A DNA stretch of 64,000 nucleotides from the NCBI GenBank assembly GCA_039586795.1, contig JBDHJS010000025.1, positions 1-64,000 of the forward strand. The letters run 5' to 3'. Shown one piece after another: positions 1-10,602 of this stretch. The first letter of the stretch is position 1, and each line of letters opens with the position of its first letter. The DNA comes from Gemmatimonadota bacterium (GTDB lineage Bacteria; Gemmatimonadota; Gemmatimonadetes; Palauibacterales; KS3-K002). The position numbers and the translations under genes were made by a program. The notes beneath the pieces were generated by a model. The model saw only the letters and a list, made by a program, of their open reading frames with translations. It was not told where the DNA came from and searched no databases.

Positions 1-64
1 TTGACCCCAGGGTTTGCCCTACCGATCAATCCCCGACTCTCGTAGCCCCCGAATCCCAGAATCG

Positions 65-727
65 TCACCGCTCCTCCTCCTCTCGCAGATGTCCCAAAGC
101 ATCCCGAAGTTCGGCACGTGCCCGGTGGAGGAACGTCTTCACGGTCCCGATCGGCACGTCCATGATCTCGGCGATCTCCTCGTACGGTCGACTCTCGATG
201 TGCCGGAGGATGACGGCGGTCCGGTAGTCGGGGCGGAGGCGGGCGATCGCCTCCTCGATTTCGCCTCCCAGCTCCAGCGCCAACATCTCCTGCTCGGGTG
301 ACTCATCGTGTGCCTCGAGTACGATGCGGGTCTCCTCTTCGCGTTCGGCGTCGGCGGCGTGTGGAGACCCGTGGATCGATACAGTGGGGAGTCGTGCCCG
401 CCGCAGATGGTCGATGGCGTGATTGTTGGCGATTTTGAAAAGCCACGAGGAGAAGCGGTAGCTGGGGTTGTAGCTGTCGAGGTTGTTGAACGCTTTGACG
501 AAAGATTCCTGGGCCAGGTCCTCCGCCTGCTCCCGATCGCCGATCATGCGATAGATGAGGGAGAACACGGGACGACGGAAGCGCTCGAGCAACTCGTGAT
601 ACGCAGCCTCCCTGCCGTCGAGTGCCAGGGTGACCAGCTCCTTGTCGTCAGCCTCCTTGATGCCCGGTGCTGGCTGGGAGCTAGGAGTCTGGCTGGCCTT
701 ACGGCTGGGGACGCGCTCCCGACTCAC
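65..727 (-). CDS. ECF RNA polymerase sigma-70 factor (SigW/RpoE-like)
   Basis: Region 2 (AEDLAQESFVKAF, FSSWLFKIANNHAIDHLRR) and region 4 (YEEIAEIMDVPIGTVKTFLHRAR) motifs. Confidence 0.93.
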   Translation of the reverse strand: MSRERVPSRKASQTPSSQPAPGIKEADDKELVTLALDGREAAYHELLERFRRPVFSLIYRMIGDREQAEDLAQESFVKAFNNLDSYNPSYRFSSWLFKIANNHAIDHLRRARLPTVSIHGSPHAADAEREEETRIVLEAHDESPEQEMLALELGGEIEEAIARLRPDYRTAVILRHIESRPYEEIAEIMDVPIGTVKTFLHRARAELRDALGHLREEEER

Positions 728-771
728 CGGGTTGCCGGGCCTCCACCGCGTCCGTATGTTCGCGGCCGATC

Positions 772-1512
772 ATGACAGCACTCCCACCGGAGACCCCCCT
801 GGAAGCCGAATCGCCAGAGGAACAAGCCCGTGCCGTTCGGGACATGTTCTCGGCGATCGCGCCGCGTTATGACCTTCTCAACCATCTTCTCAGTCTCAAT
901 ATCGATCGGTCCTGGCGGCGTCGTGCCATCAACGAGCTTGCGTGGGAGTCCCGACCAGAGGGCGTGTATCTGGATCTCTGCACCGGGACCTACGATCTAG
1001 CGCTTGAGCTGACCCGACGGGACGGATTCGGTGGCCATGTCGTGGCGGCTGATTTCTCCCGGGCGATGTTGCGAGCTGGGCTTACCAAGCTGGAAGGCCA
1101 CCCAATCGCGCCGGCGTGCGCCGATGCTCTGCGTTCGCCGTTCGCCGCCGCCACGTTCGACGGTGCGATGGCGGCCTTTGGAATCCGGAACCTGGCAGAC
1201 ATCGAAGTTGGCCTGCGCGAGATCCTGCGGATTCTACGGCCTGGCGCCCGGCTCGTCATCCTGGACTTCGCGATGCCGACACGCCAACCGCTCAAGTCAC
1301 TCTACCGAATCTACTTCACACGTATGCTGCCATCCGTCGGGCGCTTAATCTCAAAACATAGCTTCGCATACAGGTACCTACCAGAGTCGGTAATGCGATT
1401 CGCGGAGCCGGCGTCATTGGGCGAGCTGATGTCGAGGGTCGGTTTCAAGGAGGTCGAGTGGCAGACCCTGACCGGCGGCATCGCGTGCGTATGGCGCGGC
1501 TGCTCCGCCTAG
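772..1512 (+). CDS. menG: Demethylmenaquinone methyltransferase (UbiE/MenG)
   Basis: MFSAIAPRYDLLNHLLS, LDLCTGT SAM motif, AFGIRN, AYRYLPESV. Confidence 0.93.
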   Translation: MTALPPETPLEAESPEEQARAVRDMFSAIAPRYDLLNHLLSLNIDRSWRRRAINELAWESRPEGVYLDLCTGTYDLALELTRRDGFGGHVVAADFSRAMLRAGLTKLEGHPIAPACADALRSPFAAATFDGAMAAFGIRNLADIEVGLREILRILRPGARLVILDFAMPTRQPLKSLYRIYFTRMLPSVGRLISKHSFAYRYLPESVMRFAEPASLGELMSRVGFKEVEWQTLTGGIACVWRGCSA

Positions 1513-1525
1513 CTCGATTCTGTCT

Positions 1526-1610
1526 CTCTTTACCCTTATCCTTATCGTTCTCCATATCCGAGGCGATCGGGAGGACGACTGAGCTGGAGAAGGAAACGAA
1601 GGACCACGAC
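1526..1610. repeat. Degenerate hexamer tandem repeats in inverted arrangement (intergenic)
   Basis: Left arm CTTTAC CCTTAT CCTTAT CGTTCT CCATAT; right arm GGAGAAGGAAACGAAGG is an imperfect reverse complement. Confidence 0.45.
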
Positions 1611-1634
1611 CGCTAAGACGGGGCGACAGCGATA

Positions 1635-3116
1635 ATGGCCTACAAGAACTTGCGGGAGTTCATCGACGATCTCGATAAGCACGGCGAGCTGATCCGTATC
1701 ACGGAGCCCGTGTCGGTCGATCGAGAGATCACGGAAATCGCGGACCGCTGTATGAAGAGTGCCGACGGTGGACCGGCGCTTCTGTTCGAGAACGTGAAAT
1801 TGTTGAACGGCGATACCAGCGAATTTCCGGTAGCGATCAACATCTTCGGGAGCTACCGCCGTATGGCCATGGCCCTCGGCGTGCAGTCGCTGGACGACAT
1901 CGGGAGGCGCATCGAGGCGATGCTGAAGATGGGGGTCCCCGATTCGTTGGCCGACAAGATCGCCATGCTGCCGAAGCTAGCCGAGCTTTCCAAGTTCCCT
2001 CCGCGCTCGGTACGGGGCACACCACGATGCCAGGATGTCGTGCTCCGGGGAGATGACGCGGATGTGACACGGATTCCGCACCTCTGGTGTTGGCCGGATG
2101 ATGGGGGCGCGTATGTCACGCTTCCGCTCGTCGTCACCCGCCACCCGGTAAGCGGCCTGTTGAATGCGGGGACGTACCGAATCCAGGTGCTCGACCAGCG
2201 ACGCCTGGCGATGCATTGGCAACGTCATAAGGTCGGCGCGGCGCACTGGCGAGAGATGGCCCGGCGCGGAGAGCGGATGCCCGTTGTGATCTCGTTGGGT
2301 CCCGATCCGGCTACCGTCTATTCGGGTACGGCTCCGCTGCCACCGCAGGTCGACGAGTTCATCTTCTCGGGCTTCTTGCGTCGGGAGCCGGTGAAGCTCG
2401 GGCGGGCGATCTCGAACGATCTGCCGGTGCCCGCAGAAGCCGAGATCGTCATCGAGGGCTACATCGATCCGGCTGAGGACCTGGTGCTCGAAGGGCCGTT
2501 CGGAGACCACACCGGTTTTTACTCGCTGGCCGACTATTACCCGTGCGTTCACGTCGAGGCGATCACGTACCGCAAGAACGCCATCTATCCCGCCACGATT
2601 GTCGGGCGACCGCCGATGGAAGACTATTACATGGGCCACGCAACGGAGCGGATCTTCCTTCCGTTGCTTCGGTTGACCCTGCCGGAGGTCGTGGACTACC
2701 ACATGCCGGCCGAAGGGATATTTCACAATCTGGTGTTCGTTAGCATAGACAAGCAGTACCCGGGGCAGGCGTGGAAAGTGATGAACGGGTTATGGGGGCA
2801 GGGGCTCATGTCGTTGGCCAAGGTGATCGTTGTCGTTGACGCCGACGTCAAGGTCAGCGACGTGCAGGAAGCGTGGTGGGTTGCCCTCAACAACATCGAC
2901 CCTGAGCGCGACGTGCGCTTTAGCATGGGACCTGTAGATGTCCTCGATCACGCGTCTCGAGCCTTCACCTACGGTAGCAAAATGGGCATCGATGCTACGC
3001 GAAAGTGGCCCGAGGAAGGCTTCGATCGGGAGTGGCCGGAAGTGATCGAGATGGATGACGAAACAAGGCGGCGGATAGACGCGGTCTGGCCTCGACTTGG
3101 GCTTGACCTTGACTAA
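1635..3116 (+). CDS. ubiD: UbiD-family decarboxylase, menaquinone (futalosine pathway) type
   Basis: EGPFGDHTGFY, GRPPMED, KMGIDATRK motifs; clustered with menG, ubiA-like and ubiX. Confidence 0.93.
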   Translation: MAYKNLREFIDDLDKHGELIRITEPVSVDREITEIADRCMKSADGGPALLFENVKLLNGDTSEFPVAINIFGSYRRMAMALGVQSLDDIGRRIEAMLKMGVPDSLADKIAMLPKLAELSKFPPRSVRGTPRCQDVVLRGDDADVTRIPHLWCWPDDGGAYVTLPLVVTRHPVSGLLNAGTYRIQVLDQRRLAMHWQRHKVGAAHWREMARRGERMPVVISLGPDPATVYSGTAPLPPQVDEFIFSGFLRREPVKLGRAISNDLPVPAEAEIVIEGYIDPAEDLVLEGPFGDHTGFYSLADYYPCVHVEAITYRKNAIYPATIVGRPPMEDYYMGHATERIFLPLLRLTLPEVVDYHMPAEGIFHNLVFVSIDKQYPGQAWKVMNGLWGQGLMSLAKVIVVVDADVKVSDVQEAWWVALNNIDPERDVRFSMGPVDVLDHASRAFTYGSKMGIDATRKWPEEGFDREWPEVIEMDDETRRRIDAVWPRLGLDLD

Positions 3117-3118
3117 CA

Positions 3119-3157
3119 ATAACAATTACGCCAAGTTGTTGTGCGCGTAGTTGTTAT
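3119..3157. repeat. Intergenic hairpin built from hexamer-like repeats
   Basis: ATAACAATTACGC (3119-3131) pairs with GCGTAGTTGTTAT (3145-3157), one G-U; preceded by CTTGAC x2 and TAACAA x2. Confidence 0.6.
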
Positions 3158-3210
3158 CCCTCCCCTCGCGTTCTCCCAGCGTATCTAGTTTAAGCCACTC
3201 GGAGGCAGTG

Positions 3211-5379
3211 GTGTCTATTCGATCCTGGTGGACGTCCGTCGACCTGACGCGATCTCTCTTCATCGCCGTCGGAGGCGTCGTGCTTATCACGATTGTCAGC
3301 TTCTTTGGCCTGGCGTGGAGCGAGGCGGGTGAGCTGATAGAACCGGCTGTGGAACGGCAGCTCGAGGAGCGCTCGACCTCGGCCGTGGCGATCATAGAGA
3401 ACACCGTGCAGAGCGCCATCGTGCAGGCCGAACTCCTCGCCCAATCGCCGGCGGTCTTCGACGTGGCCATTCGTGGCGGTGAGATAGCGCGCCGTCGGGG
3501 CCTCGAGCAGCTCTCGATAGAAGAGCTGGAGCAACAGATGGCCTCGGCGCGTTCGCTGATGGCCAGTCCGGCCATGGATCGCCACCTACGCTCCATAGTC
3601 GAGAATACCCTATTCGCTGAGATATTCATCACTGATGTGAACGGCTTCGTCGTTGCGACCAGCGGTTTGACATCCGATTTCGTCCAGCGAGACGAAGGCT
3701 GGTGGCAGGAGGCATACGCCGGCCTGGCTAACGTGTCTGAAGTGGACGTCGATGAGTCCGTTCAAGCCACTACTCTGTCGGTTTCCGTGCCGGTGAGGGG
3801 TGCCGGTGGCGCAACCGCCGGAGTGATGAAGAGCGTCATCGATCTGAGGCAGTTGGGGACAGCGCTGTTGGCAACCGCAGGTTCTTGGGGCTATGTGCAC
3901 GTGGTGGATGACCGGGGCCTGCTGATCAGCGCCCCGACCGGGGAGCAGCTGCTAGAGCCGTATGCGAATCGCGGCGCGCTGGTCGAGGGTGAGGTGATCC
4001 GTGCCGTCGACCGACAGGGCGGAGCGATCGTGGGCGTGGCGCGGAAAGTCTTGGGCGGCAGGTGGACTGTCGCCTATTGGGTGCAAGAAGAAGAAGCCTT
4101 CAGTCTACTGTTCGCTGCGCGTAGAGCCGTGGGGTACGGGTTTGGCATCGCGTTGGCAGCCGCTGTGATTGGCGTGCTCGTCGCCGGCTTCTGGGTCCGA
4201 CGCCAGATCAGTCAGCCTTTGCGGGCCGTAGCGGCGGCCGCTGACCGGGTTGGCAGCGGTGACCTGCGCGTCACGGTGCCGCGGGTCGGGAGAGGCGAGG
4301 TCGCAAAGCTGTGCGATGCGGTGCGCGCGATGGTCGGCCGACTGAGCGAGCTTGTTGGAGGGATTCGTGAAGCGAGCCTGCATGGGCAGGGGCGCAGTGA
4401 GGAGATCGCCGGCGCCGTGGAGCAGCTGTCCGCTGGCGCACAGGAGATGACGAGCACGCTCACCCGTCTCACGACCGAAGCGGCGGAACATTCTGACACG
4501 ATTCAGGCGATCAACCAGCGGATGAGTGCTCTGAGTACAGGAGCTCGAGAGCTCAGCGAGGGCGCCAGCGCGACCACCGAACGCAGCACCAAGGTGCGCG
4601 AGATTTCAGAGCAGAGCCGGAAGCAGCTGGCCGACAGCCGCGCCCAGGTTGAGCGAATGTCAGAGCGAGCCGATCTCGCTACGGCGCAGTTGCTCGATTT
4701 CGTAGAGGCTGCACAGCAATTCGGCGAGTTCGTCGATTTGATTCGCCAGTTCGCCCGGCGAACGAACCTGCTCGCTCTGAATGCGGCCATCGAGGCCGCA
4801 AGGGCCGGCCAGGAGGCCCGGGGCTTCGGCGTTTTGGCGGAAGAGATTCGAAAGCTGGCCAGCCAGGCCGGCGCTGCTGCGGAACGCGCTCAGGTCACCA
4901 GTGACAGCATCGTCGGACAGCTGGAGACGGTACAGAACGCGATAGAGCGAACTCAGGACGCCACACATCAAATCGGCGACGTTGTCGACGCGTTGAACGA
5001 AAGTTTCTCCGTCGTCGATCGTACCACTGCCGAGGCTGAGGAATGGGCTGGCCGGATCGACGAGGTCAGCACCAGCGTGGACGGCAGCGTGCAGGCCACC
5101 GCCGATCGTGTGCGAGATGTCGGCGCCGGAATCAGTGACTTCGCCGCCGCGATGGAGGAGTTGGCTGCCGGGATGGAGGAACAGAACGCCTCCACCGAGG
5201 AGATCGCTGCCGCAGTGACCGGTCTCAATCAGGCGGCCATGGAGCTGGCCACCCTCGCAGAGTTCTTCATCATCGATTTCCTTTCGGAAGCGGATGCCAA
5301 AGAAGCCAACCAGCAAGAAGAGAACCAGCAAGAAGAAACCCCGGAAGCGCGCCGAACGGCCCACGCCGCCGCCAGCTGA
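3211..5379 (+). CDS. Methyl-accepting chemotaxis protein (TM, Cache-like domain, TM, HAMP, MCP signalling domain)
   Basis: [35 protein letters not shown] hairpin tip, HAMP segment, [15 protein letters not shown]ache-like motif; start chosen from GGAGG at 3201. Confidence 0.92.
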   Translation: MSIRSWWTSVDLTRSLFIAVGGVVLITIVSFFGLAWSEAGELIEPAVERQLEERSTSAVAIIENTVQSAIVQAELLAQSPAVFDVAIRGGEIARRRGLEQLSIEELEQQMASARSLMASPAMDRHLRSIVENTLFAEIFITDVNGFVVATSGLTSDFVQRDEGWWQEAYAGLANVSEVDVDESVQATTLSVSVPVRGAGGATAGVMKSVIDLRQLGTALLATAGSWGYVHVVDDRGLLISAPTGEQLLEPYANRGALVEGEVIRAVDRQGGAIVGVARKVLGGRWTVAYWVQEEEAFSLLFAARRAVGYGFGIALAAAVIGVLVAGFWVRRQISQPLRAVAAAADRVGSGDLRVTVPRVGRGEVAKLCDAVRAMVGRLSELVGGIREASLHGQGRSEEIAGAVEQLSAGAQEMTSTLTRLTTEAAEHSDTIQAINQRMSALSTGARELSEGASATTERSTKVREISEQSRKQLADSRAQVERMSERADLATAQLLDFVEAAQQFGEFVDLIRQFARRTNLLALNAAIEAARAGQEARGFGVLAEEIRKLASQAGAAAERAQVTSDSIVGQLETVQNAIERTQDATHQIGDVVDALNESFSVVDRTTAEAEEWAGRIDEVSTSVDGSVQATADRVRDVGAGISDFAAAMEELAAGMEEQNASTEEIAAAVTGLNQAAMELATLAEFFIIDFLSEADAKEANQQEENQQEETPEARRTAHAAAS

Positions 5380-5926
5380 GCCAGACGAAAAGGACGTCGA
5401 TCGGGCTTGGCGTGAGGCCACGCAGCAGAGGCTGAAGCTGGCCGCGCGCGTACCCTACATCCAGGCTCTGGCTTGGGGGACTCTGGTGGCGCTGGTCGCT
5501 GCTGTGCTGACCGGCTTTCTCAGGATATGGATCTGGGTCCTTGCTCTCGAGGCGATCGCCATCGGAGTCATCATCGGTGAAGCGGCGGCAGTTCCTTCAT
5601 CGGTGCGACGGCGGCAGCCGCCTCGTTGGGGCTACTACTACGTCTTTGGGCTCGGCTGCGTCTCGTATCTGCTGGTGCATATCACCTTCTGGCTGGCGAG
5701 CAGCGGGTTCATGCCCGAGCAATCGTTCTTCGCATTTCTGCAAGCGGTTCCCTCTGCAACAGCAACGCCCTTCTTCCAAAGCGTCGACCTTGCACGCCAG
5801 ATCTCACTGGCCACGGGTGGTGCCACCGTCATCAAGTATTGGCTGTGGGTGGCGGAAGGCCTGTTGATGGGGCTGGCCGCCGTGCTGGCCTATCGAGGCG
5901 GCTCGGTTCGCAGGCTCAAGACCTGA
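5294..5926 (+). CDS. Hypothetical membrane protein
   Basis: About 4 hydrophobic helices; fills the gap between the MCP and ubiA-like gene; start uncertain (overlaps MCP end). Confidence 0.65.
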   Translation: MPKKPTSKKRTSKKKPRKRAERPTPPPAEPDEKDVDRAWREATQQRLKLAARVPYIQALAWGTLVALVAAVLTGFLRIWIWVLALEAIAIGVIIGEAAAVPSSVRRRQPPRWGYYYVFGLGCVSYLLVHITFWLASSGFMPEQSFFAFLQAVPSATATPFFQSVDLARQISLATGGATVIKYWLWVAEGLLMGLAAVLAYRGGSVRRLKT

Positions 5927-6001
5927 GCGGCTTGGCAACGACGCTGCGGTCTGATAGACTGTTGCGTTCGCGGCCGTAATTCCATCTAGCAATGTGACAG
6001 T

Positions 6002-6895
6002 GTGAGCGAGCCCCAAACCTTGCAGGGGACGAATCGATTCGTCCTGTATAACAACCTGGTCAAGCTGCCGCATACGGCGTTCGCGCTGCCGTTTGCGTTG
6101 GTCGGTGCCGTTCTGGCTTCCTACCGCTACGCGGTATCACCGTGGCAAATCTTCTGGGTGGTCGTCGCCTTCACGGCGGCGAGGTTCGCGGCGATGGCGC
6201 ACAACCGTGTTGCCGACCGAGAGTTCGATGCTAGGAACGAGCGCACGGCGGGTCGAGAGATTCCGGCTGGGCGGCTGACCGTTCGCGAAGCGAAGATCGC
6301 CATCGTCGTCGCCTCGGCCGTCTTCTTCGTCGCGGCCTGGATGCTTAATCTCCTTGTCTTCGCCCTCGCCCCCATCGCGCTCGCCTGGCTGTTGACCTAC
6401 TCGTATCTGAAGCGTTACACGACCTGGACGCATATGGCGTTAGGAATCGCGGACGGTATTGCACCGGCGGCTGCGTTCCTAGCCATCTCGGGTCGCTGGA
6501 GCGAGCCATGGTACTTGCTGCCGCTGCTCGCGTTTGGTGTCGCTTTCTGGGTTGGAGGCTTCGACATCTTCTATTCGCTGCAGGACGAAGAGTTCGATCG
6601 CCAGCAAGGACTCCACTCGATCCCGTCACGCTATGGTAGGTCGACTGCGATCTGGTCGGCACGAGTCTACCAGGCACTTGCCGTCGTCTGTCTGCTTGCC
6701 GCAGGCTTCGTGATGCCGGAGACCGGGCCGCTCTACTTCATCGGCGTGGGAGTCACCGCCGCCTTACTACTATATGAGCACTCGCTCGTGCGCGCCGACG
6801 ATCTTTCGAAATTGAACGTTGCGTTCTTCAACGTGAACGCGCTGATATCGGCACTATTCTGCGTCTTCGTCTTTCTGGACAGGGTGATCCCATGA
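6002..6895 (+). CDS. ubiA: UbiA-family polyprenyltransferase (MqnP-like)
   Basis: KLPHTAFALPFA, NRVADREFDARNERT and GFDIFYSLQDEEFD aspartate-rich motifs. Confidence 0.92.
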   Translation: MSEPQTLQGTNRFVLYNNLVKLPHTAFALPFALVGAVLASYRYAVSPWQIFWVVVAFTAARFAAMAHNRVADREFDARNERTAGREIPAGRLTVREAKIAIVVASAVFFVAAWMLNLLVFALAPIALAWLLTYSYLKRYTTWTHMALGIADGIAPAAAFLAISGRWSEPWYLLPLLAFGVAFWVGGFDIFYSLQDEEFDRQQGLHSIPSRYGRSTAIWSARVYQALAVVCLLAAGFVMPETGPLYFIGVGVTAALLLYEHSLVRADDLSKLNVAFFNVNALISALFCVFVFLDRVIP

Positions 6896-7476
6896 ACGCG
6901 CCCCTCGTTGTCGGCGTCACTGGCGCCTCCGGCTCGCCGTACGCGCTGCGTCTGATCAAGGCGCTGGTCGATCTTCAGGTGCCAACGTACCTGATCATCT
7001 CGAGTCACGGCTGGCGGCTGCTACGCTACGAGTCCGGGATAAATGATGAGGCTGCCTTGCGCGAATACATCGGCGGCGACTGGAGCAACGTACAGATCTT
7101 CAGCAACTCGGACCGCGGCGCCGTGCCGGCATCCGGTTCCGCCATCACCCGCGGTATGGTCGTTTGTCCCTGCTCGATGGGAACCCTGTCGGCCATCGCG
7201 AATGGCAGCTCGCGGTCGCTCATCGAGCGTGCCGCTGACGTGATGCTGAAGGAACGCCGCAAACTAGTCGTGGTCCCGCGAGAGACGCCGCTCTCCGAAA
7301 TCCATCTGCGCAACATGCTGACCCTGGCGCAGGCCGACGTCGTCGTGATGCCGGCGGCGCCGGGTTTCTACGGCGCGCCCGACAGCATCGACGACCTCGT
7401 CGATTTCATCGTCGCCCGCGTCCTCGATCAGATAGGTATCGAACACGACATAGGAAAGCGCTGGAGCGGAGAGTGA
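6892..7476 (+). CDS. ubiX: Flavin prenyltransferase UbiX
   Basis: GVTGASG, ASGS, PCSMGTL, RAADVMLKERRKLVVVPRETP. Confidence 0.95.
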   Translation: MNAPLVVGVTGASGSPYALRLIKALVDLQVPTYLIISSHGWRLLRYESGINDEAALREYIGGDWSNVQIFSNSDRGAVPASGSAITRGMVVCPCSMGTLSAIANGSSRSLIERAADVMLKERRKLVVVPRETPLSEIHLRNMLTLAQADVVVMPAAPGFYGAPDSIDDLVDFIVARVLDQIGIEHDIGKRWSGE

Positions 7477-7961
7477 GCGAGTCGCTTCGCATCGGCCTGA
7501 TATCCGACACCCACGGTCTGCTCCGCAACGAGGTGTATGCCGTGTTCGAGGACGTAGACGAGATTCTGCACGCGGGCGACATTGGCGAGCCCGCCATCCT
7601 CACCGAGCTGGAGGTCATCGCTCCCGTATGGGCCGTCTCTGGGAACATGGACGGCTGGAGCGTGCGGGAAGTCGCTCCGGAGCGGCAGGAGATCGAGCGG
7701 TTGGGTCACAAGATCGCCGTGGTGCACGGCCATCAGTGGGGCTCGCCGAAAGTGAAGGACCTGGCGGAGGCCTTCCACGACTTCTCAGCCGTCGTCTACG
7801 GTCACACCCACATCCCGCTCATCGAGAAGACCGCCGGGCCTCTGGTCGTGAATCCGGGAAGCGCCGGGCACCACCGGTTCGGCAAGCGGGTGACGGCGGC
7901 TGTTCTCACCCTCGAGCGTGACCTGCCGCCGGCGGCCACGCTCTTCGATCTTTTTCGCTAG
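7473..7961 (+). CDS. YfcE-family metallophosphoesterase
   Basis: ISDTH, HAGD, GNMD, HGH, GHTH, NPGS motifs. Confidence 0.92.
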   Translation: MSESLRIGLISDTHGLLRNEVYAVFEDVDEILHAGDIGEPAILTELEVIAPVWAVSGNMDGWSVREVAPERQEIERLGHKIAVVHGHQWGSPKVKDLAEAFHDFSAVVYGHTHIPLIEKTAGPLVVNPGSAGHHRFGKRVTAAVLTLERDLPPAATLFDLFR

Positions 7962-7964
7962 AGC

Positions 7965-10391
7965 TCACTCACTACGAAGCGCCGAAGCAGGGTCGACCTT
8001 GGTCGCGCGTCGCGCCGGGAGATAGCTGGCCAACAGCGCCGCGGCGAACAGCGGCAAGCCAACGCCCGCGAAGAGGAGGGGCGCGGGCCTTGGCACGCCG
8101 GACATCGAGCCGGACATCACCGTACCGAGCGCGACCGCGATGACCAGGCCTATGGCGAGGCCGATAGCCGCCAGCTTGGCTCCGTGCTTCACGACGAGGC
8201 GGAGTACGTCACCCGTCTCCGCGCCCAGAGCTATGCGGATCCCAAACTCGCTCATTCTTCGATTGACCGCGTAGGCGACGACGCCGTAGATCCCCAGGCA
8301 CGCAAGGAGCAACGCCAGTATGCCGAACAGGGTCATGATTCCGGACGCCAACTGGAATGGCCCCAGCGACTGAGCGACCACCTGATTCATCGTCCGGACT
8401 CCCCTTACCGGTAGTCCAGGGTCGACAGACCATATCGCTTCACGTGCCGCGGCTGCCAGCGCGGTGGGATCGCCATCCGTTCTGATGACCAGTTGCAGGC
8501 CGCGTGTTCGGTACTGGCTCTGAGGGAAGTAGATCTGCGGCCATACGTCGCCGATCAACCAGCGATGCTTGACGTCCGCCACGACCGCCGCCACGGATGC
8601 CCAACCGCCCTCAGGATCCTCTTCATCCAGCAATACGCGTCGGCCTACCGGGTCCTCGCCCGGCCAGAAGCGCTCCGCCATCGTCTGGTTGATCGCGATG
8701 ACGTGTGGCGCGTCTGCATTATCGGCATCGTTGAAGGCACGTCCACGAAGCAGCGCTATGCCCATCGCGTCGAAGTAGCCTGCCGTGACGTTGTTGAGAT
8801 TCGCGAATAGCTCTTCGTCGGAAGACGTGGGCTCATAGCCTTCTACCTCGAACCCGATGACGCCCGTGGAGAAATCCAACGGCAAGTGGCTGACTCCGCC
8901 AACCGACTCGACGCCGGCAATGGCTTCGATGCGTTCGGCCACCTGCTCCTGAAACGCAGCGCGCTGCTCCTGTTCAGGGTAGTTCGCTGTGGACAGCGTG
9001 AAGCCCATGGTCAGCACGCGGTTGGGATTGAACCCCGGGTCGACGCGTTGCATCCGCATCAACGCCTGGGCTGTCAGTGCGGCGCCCACCATCAGCACCA
9101 TCGTTGCCGCGACCTGCGAGACGACGAGGGCGCTGCGCAGCCGCTTCCCTTTGACCCCGCTCGAGCCCTTGCCGCCTTCCTTCAGGCTGGCGGCCACGTT
9201 GAAGCCGGACCCCTGCAGTGCTGGCGCCAAGCCGAACAGCAGCGTCGCTGCGATTGCCACCAGCAACGTGAAGAAGAGCGCCGCGGCGTCGACGCGAGCG
9301 ACGCCGACTCGATACAGATCCTCGGGCATAACAGGCCCGATGAAGCTCACCACGATGACGGCGATCAGGACGCCCAAAGCAGCTCCGATGAGTGAGAGGA
9401 CGCCGCTCTCCGTCAGGAACTGACGGATCAGGCGCAGTCGATCGGAGCCCAGCGCGGAGCGGATCGCTACTTCCCGCTCTCGGGCCAAGGCGCGGGCAAG
9501 CATGATGTTCCCCACGTTGGCTGCGACGATGAGCAGGACGAAGCCGACCGAGGCCAGCAGCAGGAGCAGCATCGCTCGGATCAGCTCGTAGTAAAACAGC
9601 AGACCGGCTCGAATAGGCACAGCACGCACACCGAACTGACCGTCCAGCTCGGGATAATCGGCGCTCAGCCGCGCGTGTATGGTCTCCAGCTCGCTGCGGG
9701 CCTGTGCAAGTGTGGCATCCGGCCGCAACCGACCGACGATCAGGTAGCGGCCGTTGGCGCGATCCTCACGGGTCGGGTCCAGGCGCAGCGCGCTCCATAT
9801 CTTCACGCCGCCGTAGGGGAAGTTGAAATCGGCCGGCATGACGCCGACGACCGTGTGTGGCACTTCGTCCAGCGTCACGGTCTGCCCTATGATGCTCGGA
9901 TCGCCAGCGTAACGCCGCTGCCACAGCCCGTGCGACAGGATCGTGACTGGCTCCGCACTCGGTCGGTCCTCGCCGGGTAACAGCCCTCGACCGAGCTGCG
10001 GTTCGACACCCAGTACGCCCAGCATGTTCGACGACAAACGACCCACTACGACGCCTTCTGGCTCACCATGACCGCCCAGGTTCTTCGACGTGTAGTCGTA
10101 CACGGCCATATCGTCGAACGACTGAAAGCCTTCCTTGAAATCCACGTACTGGGGAAGGGAGAAACGAGCCATGTCGAAGCCGAGCCGATGATCAACATGG
10201 AATAGGTGAACCAGGCGATCGGGCTCGCGGAACGTCAGCGGCCGGAACAGGTAGGGGTAGACGAGGCTGAAGATCGCCGTGTTGGCCCCGATCCCGAAGG
10301 CCAGAGTGATCACGGCGACGATGGCAAACCCTGGATTTCGGCGCAGGGTTCTGAACGCGTAACCGAGGTCCTGTCTAATTGAGTCGATCAT
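7965..10391 (-). CDS. Duplicated MacB-like ABC transporter permease (ADOP-type)
   Basis: QDLGYAFRTLRRNPGF, GIGANTAIFS, REREVAIRSALG, EFGIRIALGA, PARRATKVDP; no ATPase gene adjacent. Confidence 0.92.
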   Translation of the reverse strand: MIDSIRQDLGYAFRTLRRNPGFAIVAVITLAFGIGANTAIFSLVYPYLFRPLTFREPDRLVHLFHVDHRLGFDMARFSLPQYVDFKEGFQSFDDMAVYDYTSKNLGGHGEPEGVVVGRLSSNMLGVLGVEPQLGRGLLPGEDRPSAEPVTILSHGLWQRRYAGDPSIIGQTVTLDEVPHTVVGVMPADFNFPYGGVKIWSALRLDPTREDRANGRYLIVGRLRPDATLAQARSELETIHARLSADYPELDGQFGVRAVPIRAGLLFYYELIRAMLLLLLASVGFVLLIVAANVGNIMLARALAREREVAIRSALGSDRLRLIRQFLTESGVLSLIGAALGVLIAVIVVSFIGPVMPEDLYRVGVARVDAAALFFTLLVAIAATLLFGLAPALQGSGFNVAASLKEGGKGSSGVKGKRLRSALVVSQVAATMVLMVGAALTAQALMRMQRVDPGFNPNRVLTMGFTLSTANYPEQEQRAAFQEQVAERIEAIAGVESVGGVSHLPLDFSTGVIGFEVEGYEPTSSDEELFANLNNVTAGYFDAMGIALLRGRAFNDADNADAPHVIAINQTMAERFWPGEDPVGRRVLLDEEDPEGGWASVAAVVADVKHRWLIGDVWPQIYFPQSQYRTRGLQLVIRTDGDPTALAAAAREAIWSVDPGLPVRGVRTMNQVVAQSLGPFQLASGIMTLFGILALLLACLGIYGVVAYAVNRRMSEFGIRIALGAETGDVLRLVVKHGAKLAAIGLAIGLVIAVALGTVMSGSMSGVPRPAPLLFAGVGLPLFAAALLASYLPARRATKVDPASALRSE

Positions 10392-10602
10392 GTCGACGGT
10401 CCTTCGAAAACAAAGTGATCGAGCGTGGTCATTTCCCAAACACTACGCCGTCGATCGCCTGCGGTTTCAAGTCTAAGTCTCATTCCGGTTACGATCCTGG
10501 TCTCCGCCTCGGCACTCGTCAGCTTGATCGTCGTTGCTCGCAGGTCATGCGCGTGACATCTTGGATCGGCCCCATACTTCTTCACCCTCTGCCTGGCGAC
10601 AC

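Noticed and set aside
1..68. Possible anti-sigma gene starting at the GTGA overlap after the ECF sigma (minus strand)
   Set aside because: Only ~22 codons visible and no diagnostic motif
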